From a virus (Duplodnaviria; Caudoviricetes), in the IMG/VR virus record IMGVR_UViG_3300041413_000047, positions 14,541 through 78,540 of that record: a stretch of DNA of 64,000 nt, one strand, 5' to 3'. This document shows, piece after piece, positions 52,960 through 60,188 of the stretch. The notes under the pieces were generated by a model that made no database searches, was not told the DNA's origin, and worked only from the letters and a program-made list of their open reading frames with translations. Both the position numbers and the translations under genes were made by a program. Position 1 is the first letter of the stretch. Each line of letters begins with the position of its first letter.

Positions 52960-53618
52960 ACGGCAGCCGCCTGCGCGTGCAGTGCCGCGCGCAGCAGCGA
53001 GTCCGGGGTCCCCATGTCCGACCACACGCCCGGCGTCTCGTACACGTCCATCAGCCCGTGCTGGAGGTACCAGTTGTTGACGTCCGTGATCTCCAGCTCG
53101 CCGCGCGCCGACGGGGTGAGGCCGCGGATGCTGTCGAAGACGCGGTCGTCGTACACGTACAGGCCGGTCACCGCGAGATCCGACACCGGATCCGCTGGTT
53201 TCTCCACGATCCTGCCGTTGCCCGGCTCGTAGATCCCGAACGCCGACGGGCGCTCCGTGCGGGCCGTGAAAATCGACGGCCGGTCCGGCATCGTGAAGTC
53301 GCCCGCGAAGTAGTTGTCGCCGAGGATCACCGGGAACAGGCCGTCGACATAGCCTTCCGCCATGGCGAGCGCGCCGGCGATTCCGTTCGGCTCGTCCTGC
53401 ACCCGGTACGTGAACCCGGACCCCAGGAGTTGAGCGAATCCGCCGACGTTCTCCCCGCCCGTCACGATGAGGATGTCGTCGCAGCCCATCGCCCGAAGTG
53501 TCCTGATGGGGTGGTAGATCATCGGCTGGTCGTAGACGGGCAGCAGATGCTTGTTCACGACGCGTGTGGTGTCGCCGAGCCGGGTGCCCCGGCCGCCGGC
53601 AAGGATGACGCCTCTCAT
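52956..53618 (-). CDS. rmlA: sugar-1-phosphate nucleotidyltransferase (RmlA-like)
   Basis: GVILAGG.GTRL, NKHLLPVYDQPMIYHPI, ILGDN, EKP, RGELEITD, WSDMGT. Confidence 0.93.
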   Translation of the reverse strand: MRGVILAGGRGTRLGDTTRVVNKHLLPVYDQPMIYHPIRTLRAMGCDDILIVTGGENVGGFAQLLGSGFTYRVQDEPNGIAGALAMAEGYVDGLFPVILGDNYFAGDFTMPDRPSIFTARTERPSAFGIYEPGNGRIVEKPADPVSDLAVTGLYVYDDRVFDSIRGLTPSARGELEITDVNNWYLQHGLMDVYETPGVWSDMGTPDSLLRAALHAQAAAV

Positions 53619-53625
53619 GCGCGGC

Positions 53626-53658
53626 AGGATGCCAGCGGAATCCGCCCCGCCATTCCGG
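53626..53658 (-). promoter_or_regulatory. late-type promoter CCGGAATG..-CATCCT (N21; leaderless rmlA)
   Basis: The -10 element is 7 nt before ATG 53618. Confidence 0.7.
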
Positions 53659-53670
53659 GGCGCCTGCGGG

Positions 53671-54228
53671 TCAGGTGCCGGCGGCTGGCTGTCCGGCTTC
53701 GAGGAGGAGCTGCTGCGCCGTACCCAACGCGGCCATGCGTTCCTCGTGGGACAGGTTCATCCGGTCGAGGACTCCGCCGAGGACGTGTGCGACGAGTTCC
53801 CCTTCAAGGTCGAGGCGACGTTCCAGGGCGATCATCACTCCTGCGTCGACGGCTTGTTTCGCGACGGTTGCGGCGATCTTGCGTTCGTCTCGGGAGTGCC
53901 GCAGCCAGACCATCACGTCTTTGGGCGGCTTGAATGGGTCGCCGCCTGCTTCGACGTGTTCGCGCATGGCGTTGACGACGAGGTTGTCGGTCCATGCGGC
54001 GCGGGCGGATGCGGTGCGGACGAGGCCGAGGAGCGCTTCGTGGGGGGTGATGTTGTGTTCGGCTGCGAGTTCGTGTGCCATGGTCCACGCTTCCTCGACG
54101 TGTCGGTTTGCGCCGCGGTGCCAGCTGCAGGTTCCGTATCCGGGGTGGTTTGTGCCGTGGCCTGCGAGGGCTGAGCACATGCGTCCGTTGTGGTTGCGTT
54201 TGGGGCAGCGCGCCGGGTAGGCGGTCAT
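53671..54228 (-). CDS. probable terminase small subunit
   Basis: N-terminal C..C...GTCSWHRG (HGG-type Zn motif), helical C-terminus, late promoter; first gene of the packaging block. Confidence 0.65.
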   Translation of the reverse strand: MTAYPARCPKRNHNGRMCSALAGHGTNHPGYGTCSWHRGANRHVEEAWTMAHELAAEHNITPHEALLGLVRTASARAAWTDNLVVNAMREHVEAGGDPFKPPKDVMVWLRHSRDERKIAATVAKQAVDAGVMIALERRLDLEGELVAHVLGGVLDRMNLSHEERMAALGTAQQLLLEAGQPAAGT

Positions 54229-54234
54229 GGGCTG

Positions 54235-54267
54235 ATTGTGGCCCGGTCACGGACGTTGATCTTCCGG
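54235..54267 (-). promoter_or_regulatory. late-type promoter CCGGAAGATCAA-N15-CACAAT (leaderless)
   Basis: The -10 element is 6 nt before ATG 54228. Confidence 0.7.
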
Positions 54268-54270
54268 GGG

Positions 54271-54630
54271 TTACGGGATGGGCAGGCTTGTGCAGGCCGG
54301 GTCTGCGAGGCAGTCGTCGATCTTGCCCCGGTTCTCTGCGTTGCGTTCCTGTACTGCCTTGAATCCGAGGTCGACGCTGTCGGTGCGGCCCGCGCATGCG
54401 GGCAGCGTGGGGGCCGGGTCGGTTTCGGCGTTGTAGTCGGCGGGCTCGTTGTCGAGCCAGGTGCGCCATGCGTCCAAGCAAGCCTGCCTGGCGTCTGCTG
54501 CGGACAGGCTGGGTGTTGCGGTCGCTGTAACGGTGACGGCCGGTTTGGGGTCGTCGGCTGGGTTGGAGCTGCATGCAGCAGCGCCGACGAGAAGGATCGC
54601 GGTGGCCGCTGTGGTGAGGGTTCGTCTCAT
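54271..54630 (-). CDS. lipoprotein
   Basis: MRR + hydrophobic core + AAAC lipobox; Thr/Pro linker; four further Cys. Confidence 0.8.
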   Translation of the reverse strand: MRRTLTTAATAILLVGAAACSSNPADDPKPAVTVTATATPSLSAADARQACLDAWRTWLDNEPADYNAETDPAPTLPACAGRTDSVDLGFKAVQERNAENRGKIDDCLADPACTSLPIP

Positions 54631-54757
54631 GACCGTGATGCTGGCGGTCGGGGCGTCCGCCTGGTGGCGATGTGGCGGGTTTGTTACGAACCGTTCGGCC
54701 ACGCCCACGCCTCCGAGCCCACTCCTTCCCGGCGTGGGCTCTCCGGCATGCGCAGGG

Positions 54758-54979
54758 TCAGGCGGTGGGCGGCGGTACGTCCTCGGTGTGCATGGTTTCG
54801 AAGTGCCGCCAGCGTCCGTCTTCCCAATGCTCGACGCGGGCGGTGTCGGCGGGGCTGTCGCCTCCGAGGGCGGCGCGGACGAGCATGAAGGCTTTCGCTT
54901 CGCTGGTGTGGTCGGATGTGGCGCGGACGTCCGGGCCGGTGAGGATCACCCGCCACGGCTTACGCGGCTTCACGGACAC
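54758..54979 (-). CDS. hypothetical protein
   Basis: Last gene of the 58344-54758 operon. Confidence 0.65.
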   Translation of the reverse strand: MSVKPRKPWRVILTGPDVRATSDHTSEAKAFMLVRAALGGDSPADTARVEHWEDGRWRHFETMHTEDVPPPTA

Positions 54980-54988
54980 GTGAACTCC

Positions 54989-55240
54989 TCACTTCCCGGT
55001 GTCGCGTTCGGCGGTGTACCACTCGGCGGTCTCGCGGGTCGCTGTTACCTGCGCGGCACGGATTAGAAGCTGCTGAACCCGGGCGGCAATCTGGGTAATG
55101 TCGCCGCACCGCAAGCCACGGTCGACGTCCTTCGCGAAACGCTCCAGGTCCTCGGCGGCCGCTCGGGAGTCGTGGGCGAGGGCTTCCATGCCCTGCTTCA
55201 GCGTGTTGGCGGTCATGCGGTCAGCGAACGACTCGGTCAC
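54989..55240 (-). CDS. hypothetical helical protein
   Basis: GTGA-coupled ORF. Confidence 0.6.
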   Translation of the reverse strand: MTESFADRMTANTLKQGMEALAHDSRAAAEDLERFAKDVDRGLRCGDITQIAARVQQLLIRAAQVTATRETAEWYTAERDTGK

Positions 55241-55473
55241 GGCGTCTCCTTGGCGGGGATGGTCGCGGTGGATGACCACCACGTCTCGCGGGTTTCGGGG
55301 TTGTCGGGTCCGATACGGCGGGAGAAGTCGCGTCCGGCGGTGACCCGGTATTCGTAGGAGTCGTCGGGCCACGGGCCTTTCACCTCGCGGATGGTGGCGG
55401 TACCGGCGCGGGCGGCCGGCCACTGCTGGCCGTAGTGCCGGACGCGGGTACCGACAGGGAGCGGATGGCTCAC
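55237..55473 (-). CDS. SH3/Tudor-like small protein
   Basis: PVGTRVRH...TATIREV...EYRV. Confidence 0.6.
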   Translation of the reverse strand: MSHPLPVGTRVRHYGQQWPAARAGTATIREVKGPWPDDSYEYRVTAGRDFSRRIGPDNPETRETWWSSTATIPAKETP

Positions 55474-55832
55474 GGCGTTTCCTGCTGCATGACGGCGAGG
55501 AGCGCGCGGAGCTGGCCGGTGGTGACCTCGGACCGGGCCTCGTGACGCACGTCGATCCCGACTTGTCGCAGCTGCTCGAACAGGGCGGACCGCTGCTTGA
55601 TCTCGTCGTACCGGGCGGCCGTGTACAGGCGCGCTCGGACGCCGACGTTGCCGACCTCGACACCGCTGTGCCGGTCGAAGCGCTCCGAGCGTTCACTGCC
55701 GCCGACGGTGACGTACAGGTATACGCGTCCGATGCGGGAGACGGTCACGGGCTCGTCGCCCCGGTAGTGGTTGCCGGTGACGAGGATCAGGGTGTCGCCG
55801 ACTTTGACGTCGGGGAGTCCGGGGGTGGTCAT
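55470..55832 (-). CDS. hypothetical protein
   Basis: VKVGD.L...VTVSRIGRVY.YV beta-barrel-like pattern. Confidence 0.65.
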   Translation of the reverse strand: MTTPGLPDVKVGDTLILVTGNHYRGDEPVTVSRIGRVYLYVTVGGSERSERFDRHSGVEVGNVGVRARLYTAARYDEIKQRSALFEQLRQVGIDVRHEARSEVTTGQLRALLAVMQQETP

Positions 55833-55872
55833 GAGGGGATCCTTTCGCGGGCGGGCGGGGTGGCGTGCGAGT

Positions 55873-56607
55873 TCAGCGGGTGAGGTCGGCGATGAGGACG
55901 GTCGCGTTGTCGGCGTGCGGATCCGGGACGTTGCGGGCAGTCGCGACAGCAGTGTCGACGAAAGCGCGGGCCGTCTCGCCGAGACCACCGGTGAGGTATC
56001 CGGCGAACGGATAGTCGGCGTCCTCGAGCGGTTCGTACGCGCCGTCGGAGGCGAGGAGAAGTCGGGAGTCCTCCGACTGCCGGACGATCGACTCGATCGC
56101 GGGGTGCCCGTACCGGTTCTTCACGTCCTGGTCGGTCTCGTCGTTGCCGAGGCAGGACGTGACGACGTTGCGATTCCCACCACCGTGCACACCGTTGTCC
56201 GGGTAGACGCGTCGCAGGTTGTGATCCTGCGTGAGCCGCTGGACCGTACCGTCGACCATCAGGTAGGCGCGGACGTCACCGCACCAGGCGACGGTCAGCC
56301 AGCGCGGGGAGGTGACGGCGACGACCGCGCACGCTTGCGGCCCGAAGCCCCACGGTCCTTGCCGGTCGGGGTCGGCGGCGTACCGGTCGTACTGGGCGCG
56401 CAGGCCGGTTTCGGCGTCGGCGTGGTAGGCGGCGCTACGGGCGAGCCGGCGTGCTGCCGTGCGGGTCCAGTCGCGGATCTCGTCGCTGCTGCCGATGCCG
56501 TCGAGGAGGGCGAACGCCCGTACCCCGTTGGGGCCGGTCGCGGTGGCGGTGGCATCGCACTGGTGAGTGCGGTCGCCGATCAGATGGGCGGTGGCGTAAG
56601 TGCGCAT
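55873..56607 (-). CDS. PP2C (PPM) Ser/Thr protein phosphatase
   Basis: QCDA, ALLDGIG, WCGDVRAY, LTQDHN, LASDGAY and DNAT motifs. Confidence 0.9.
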   Translation of the reverse strand: MRTYATAHLIGDRTHQCDATATATGPNGVRAFALLDGIGSSDEIRDWTRTAARRLARSAAYHADAETGLRAQYDRYAADPDRQGPWGFGPQACAVVAVTSPRWLTVAWCGDVRAYLMVDGTVQRLTQDHNLRRVYPDNGVHGGGNRNVVTSCLGNDETDQDVKNRYGHPAIESIVRQSEDSRLLLASDGAYEPLEDADYPFAGYLTGGLGETARAFVDTAVATARNVPDPHADNATVLIADLTR

Positions 56608-56639
56608 GAGGCAGGTCCGTTCAGTGGCGGGCGGCTGGG

Positions 56640-57203
56640 TCACGGAGCGAAGACGCTGTGGACGCCCTCGGCGATCGCGTCTGCCCATTCGGCGCGGGGG
56701 ACGTTCTGGGTCTTGCAGGCGCGCCAGGTGAGGGCCACGGTCCCGGCCAGCGATACGGCGACAGTTGCTCCGTCGACGCCGGTGGTAGTGATCCATCCAT
56801 GGCGAATGAGGCGCTCGCTGGCGGCCGGGGGGATGCGGTTCAGGCCAGCGTTGATGTATGCGCCGCCGTGAGCGGCAGTGATTTTGGCGCGGGCGCCGAC
56901 TGCGGCGATCAGGAGGAGGTCTTCGGCCTGCCTGTGGGTGAGGAGTTTGGGGAGGGCGTTGATGCCGGGTTCCAGCACGATGTGCCGGTTGCCTTGGAGG
57001 AGGGTGATCGCTCCGTGGGGTTCGGCGGTGATGCTGCGGAGGTTGGGGTAGGCGCGGAAGTGGACGCGGGCGAGGTTGGTGGCGTCGGCAATGGTGAGGG
57101 AGGTGAGGCGCTGGCCGGGGATGTTGGGGTCAGGGTCGAAGGTGCAGCGCTTGTAGGAGGTGGTGATGGCGGCGCTGGTGATGAGGTTGGCGAGGGTGGT
57201 CAT
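56640..57203 (-). CDS. hypothetical protein
   Basis: Good codon usage; operon context. Confidence 0.7.
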   Translation of the reverse strand: MTTLANLITSAAITTSYKRCTFDPDPNIPGQRLTSLTIADATNLARVHFRAYPNLRSITAEPHGAITLLQGNRHIVLEPGINALPKLLTHRQAEDLLLIAAVGARAKITAAHGGAYINAGLNRIPPAASERLIRHGWITTTGVDGATVAVSLAGTVALTWRACKTQNVPRAEWADAIAEGVHSVFAP

Positions 57204-57261
57204 GACGGGCTCCTAGGCGGCGAGCAGCTGGACGCGGGCGGTGGCGGGGCAGTCGACGGGG

Positions 57262-57903
57262 TCAGCCGCTGACGTGTGCGTTGCGGTAGGCGATGAGCGT
57301 GTCGATCACGTCGTCGACGCGTCCGGCTTCGAGCGAGCGGAACAGGTCTGGGAGGCGGTGCGGCTCGTTCTGCTCCAGCAGGCCGAAGCCCTGGTGCGAC
57401 TCGAACTCGATTCGCCCGTTGCGGCGGCCGTCCCGCTCCTCGGCGCGCGCCCGCATCGCTTTGACGAGCCGGTAGTAGTTGCGCTCTGCGGCAGCGATCC
57501 GGCGCCGGTCGCGGGCGGACGGAACCTTGCCGGCGGCGGAGCAGTTGCGGCAGGGCGCCGGGTTGTCGCTCATGATCCAGAAGGTGCCGGTTCCCTTGCA
57601 GCGGCGGCAGGTGCGCATCGGGTCGAGGAGCTCGATCGCGGTGGTCTCCTGCTTCGGCTCGGCGGCGGCCTCCGGGTGGGTGTCTTCGACGACGGTGGGG
57701 ATGCTGGTCCAGTTCTTGCCGGTGGTGGCGAAGTCGGAGGCGTAGTGGTCGAAGCGCACGAGCTGGACGCGGGAGGAGGGGCTGAGGTTGGCCAGGGTGT
57801 TGTACATGCCGCGTGCGTAGTCCTCGGTGTAGGTGCCCATCTGCTCGCCGTTGACCTTGTACGTCCACACGGTGCGGATCGGGGCGGTGGGCTGGCTGGC
57901 CAT
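57262..57903 (-). CDS. hypothetical protein with a central DnaJ-type zinc finger
   Basis: CRRCKGTG...CRNCSAAG. Confidence 0.7.
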   Translation of the reverse strand: MASQPTAPIRTVWTYKVNGEQMGTYTEDYARGMYNTLANLSPSSRVQLVRFDHYASDFATTGKNWTSIPTVVEDTHPEAAAEPKQETTAIELLDPMRTCRRCKGTGTFWIMSDNPAPCRNCSAAGKVPSARDRRRIAAAERNYYRLVKAMRARAEERDGRRNGRIEFESHQGFGLLEQNEPHRLPDLFRSLEAGRVDDVIDTLIAYRNAHVSG

Positions 57904-57960
57904 CTCGGCCTCCTTGCGGGTGGTGCGGGTCTGGGTCGTCTGCTGCGTCGTGGAGTTGGC

Positions 57961-58344
57961 CTAGGCGGCCTCCGCGTAGAGGGCGGGGAGCAGGTGTCGG
58001 GTGGCCTTGTAGGTATCGAGTGCGGTGTAGAGGGCGTCGTCGATGGGGCCGTACACGTTGACGTGCACGTAGCGTCCGGTGGTGCGGTGCTGCGCCCACA
58101 CCTTGAGGGGCTCGCTGCCGGTCGCCGCCCGGTACGCCTTTGCCGCGTGCCGGCCGAACCAGGACTGCTGGCCGTCGGGGAGGTCGGCGCCGCCGATGCG
58201 GGCGAGGAAGTCGCCGGTGCGGATGAGGCGGCCCTGCTCGACGGCTGCGGCGATGAGGCCGGAGCGGGTGCGGTAGGCGAGGGCCAGGCTGGTGCGGGCT
58301 GCGGTGCGGAGGGTGTTGCGGCGGGTGCGGGTGCGAGCGGTCAT
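57961..58344 (-). CDS. small DNA-binding-like protein resembling the antirepressor C-terminus
   Basis: DFL...FGR.AAKAYRA.TG.EP...VNVY...D parallels EFL...LGK.VAALYRARYG.DP...VAVY...D in 12546-13400. Confidence 0.6.
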   Translation of the reverse strand: MTARTRTRRNTLRTAARTSLALAYRTRSGLIAAAVEQGRLIRTGDFLARIGGADLPDGQQSWFGRHAAKAYRAATGSEPLKVWAQHRTTGRYVHVNVYGPIDDALYTALDTYKATRHLLPALYAEAA

Positions 58345-58412
58345 CTTCGGGTCCCCCTGGCTCGAGCGCTACTTACTTGCGCTGTCTGGTTCCACCATAG
58401 GGAGCGCTGGCG

Positions 58413-58437
58413 TTCAGCGCAACCCCGTTGCGCTGAA
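58413..58437. promoter_or_regulatory. inverted-repeat operator TTCAGCGCAAC-N3-GTTGCGCTGAA
   Basis: Perfect 11-bp inverted repeat in the divergent intergenic region. Confidence 0.7.
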
Positions 58438-58484
58438 TTGGTGCGCTCCTTTCCAGCGGACTGACACAGCGCTACCCTGACCCC

Positions 58485-59111
58485 ATGACCAGCGACCCGC
58501 CCGACCCCATCGCCGCAGCAGCCGCCCGATACAAGCGCGACAACAACAAGGCCCTGGCCTCACGCAGGGAACTGACCAGCCTCGTCCTTGACGCCCTCCG
58601 GGACCCGGAAGCCAAGCCGATCGACATCGCCAAGCGCGCTGAGTGGACACCCGCCTACGTCCGCAAACTCGCCCGCGACAACGACATCCAGGCCGACGCC
58701 GACTACAAGGCGCGCACCGAGAAGGCCCGCGCGCGCCTCCTGGCCGTCGCCTCACTCGAAGCCGCTGCCAAGCCGAAGCAGTCGCGCCCCGCCATCGCCG
58801 CGCCCCGCCAGCAGGTCACGCAGCCCATCCCCGAGCCCGAGCCGATCGACCTGTCCGGCATCTCCCCGGAGGTCGCCGACCTATCGCTGCCGAGGGTCAG
58901 GCAACTCGCGGCGTCCGCCGAGGCGCGAACGCCAGAATGGGTCGCGGAGATCCGGGAGGAGTACCCCGACGCGAACGAACTCCGCCTCTGCTACCTGATC
59001 GTCGACACGGGATTCCGGCAGGGGCGCAAGCCGCCGGAGCTTGCCGAGCAGCCCACGCCCGACGCCGCCACCCCGGAGCGCCCGGCGTTCAGCGAGGAGA
59101 CCAGCGCATGA
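58485..59111 (+). CDS. HTH regulator (Kor-like), divergent from the accessory operon
   Basis: LVLDALRDPEAKPIDIAKRAEWTPAYVRKLAR. Confidence 0.7.
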   Translation: MTSDPPDPIAAAAARYKRDNNKALASRRELTSLVLDALRDPEAKPIDIAKRAEWTPAYVRKLARDNDIQADADYKARTEKARARLLAVASLEAAAKPKQSRPAIAAPRQQVTQPIPEPEPIDLSGISPEVADLSLPRVRQLAASAEARTPEWVAEIREEYPDANELRLCYLIVDTGFRQGRKPPELAEQPTPDAATPERPAFSEETSA

Positions 59112-59461
59112 GCGAGTTCACGGACGACGCCCTGGCCCGCTACCTGAACCAGCAGCCCGGGATGCGGGAAGCGCTCCACAACGACCCGGTCCAGCACGCG
59201 CAGACGGAGATGGTGCGGCAGTCGCTGGCTGCCGCCGAACGCGCCATGGCCGACGAGGGCATCCCCGAAGAGGTGCGGCGCCGGGTCATCAACCGGATCG
59301 TCTGGGGTGAACCCGAGGGCCGCGTCGACATGCACGCGCAGATGGACAGAGTGCGTAAGCAGATCGCCGACGCCTACGATCTGCCGCCGGATCTCACGCG
59401 GGCCTGGGACGCGATCCCCAGCGCGGGCCCGGTGCGCCCGGACGAGGAGGGCACGCCATGA
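59108..59461 (+). CDS. hypothetical protein
   Basis: ATGA-coupled ORF. Confidence 0.65.
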   Translation: MSEFTDDALARYLNQQPGMREALHNDPVQHAQTEMVRQSLAAAERAMADEGIPEEVRRRVINRIVWGEPEGRVDMHAQMDRVRKQIADAYDLPPDLTRAWDAIPSAGPVRPDEEGTP

Positions 59462-59703
59462 TCTACAACTTCCGCGAAAGCGAGCAGGCCCGTCGAGTCG
59501 AACGTGAGGCGTACGAAAGGCAGATGCGGCGCCGCTTCCTGATCGGCCTCACCGTGCCTGCCGTCGTCTGCGCTGTCACCGCGATCATCGCCGGACCGGA
59601 CTCGTGGCTCGGCTGGGCGCTGATCCTCGCCGAGGTCCCGGCGGCGGCTGCTGGCGTCGCGATCGTGTTCATGCTCCAGGACCGAGCGGCGGCGCGCAGG
59701 TAG
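59458..59703 (+). CDS. two-TM membrane protein
   Basis: Hydrophobic C-terminal half. Confidence 0.65.
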   Translation: MIYNFRESEQARRVEREAYERQMRRRFLIGLTVPAVVCAVTAIIAGPDSWLGWALILAEVPAAAAGVAIVFMLQDRAAARR

Positions 59704-59715
59704 CCCGGCGTGACG

Positions 59716-59754
59716 CAGGCCCCGCCCGGATGCCCATCTCCGGCGCGGGGCCTG
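59716..59754. terminator. hairpin terminator
   Basis: CAGGCCCCGC-CCGGA...TCCGG-C-GCGGGGCCTG. Confidence 0.6.
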
Positions 59755-59799
59755 CCCGTTCCCGCCCCCACTGCCACACCGTCACGGCACACTGGCCCC

Positions 59800-59985
59800 A
59801 TGGAAGAGGTGTACATGATCCGCTGCGGCACGGAGGCCGCCTGCCAGCGGGCTGCGGAACGCCTCTGCCGACTTCTCGGCGCAGAACAGACGATGCGGCC
59901 CTCCGACAGCACCGGACGCGGCTGGATCACCCGCGTTGTCCTGCGTACCCCCGACCTCGAGCCGACGGTCGAACCCCGGACGTAG
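59800..59985 (+). CDS. small hypothetical protein
   Basis: MEEVYMIRCGTEAAC...; short ORF, weak support. Confidence 0.4.
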   Translation: MEEVYMIRCGTEAACQRAAERLCRLLGAEQTMRPSDSTGRGWITRVVLRTPDLEPTVEPRT

Positions 59986-60188
59986 GCCGGCCCTGCCTCA
60001 CCGAGGGGTTGCGAGACAGGGCCGTCAGGGGTGCCGGGCGGGGAACCGGCTGGCTTCAGTGTGGCAGGTGCGGCCGTCATGTCGGGGTGAATCGGAGGGG
60101 GAACGGCCGGCCGCTGATCCACGGCGTCGGCCCGCTCGATTCACCCCCCAATCCACCCCCACCCCGCACCCGTTTGACCTGCACGTTT

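Noticed and set aside
48113-53618. DNA hypermodification (glucosyl-base) system
   Set aside because: No thymidylate-synthase-like, hydroxymethylase or TET/JBP gene was recognised in the window, and the genes carry late-type promoters. Kept only as a less likely alternative.
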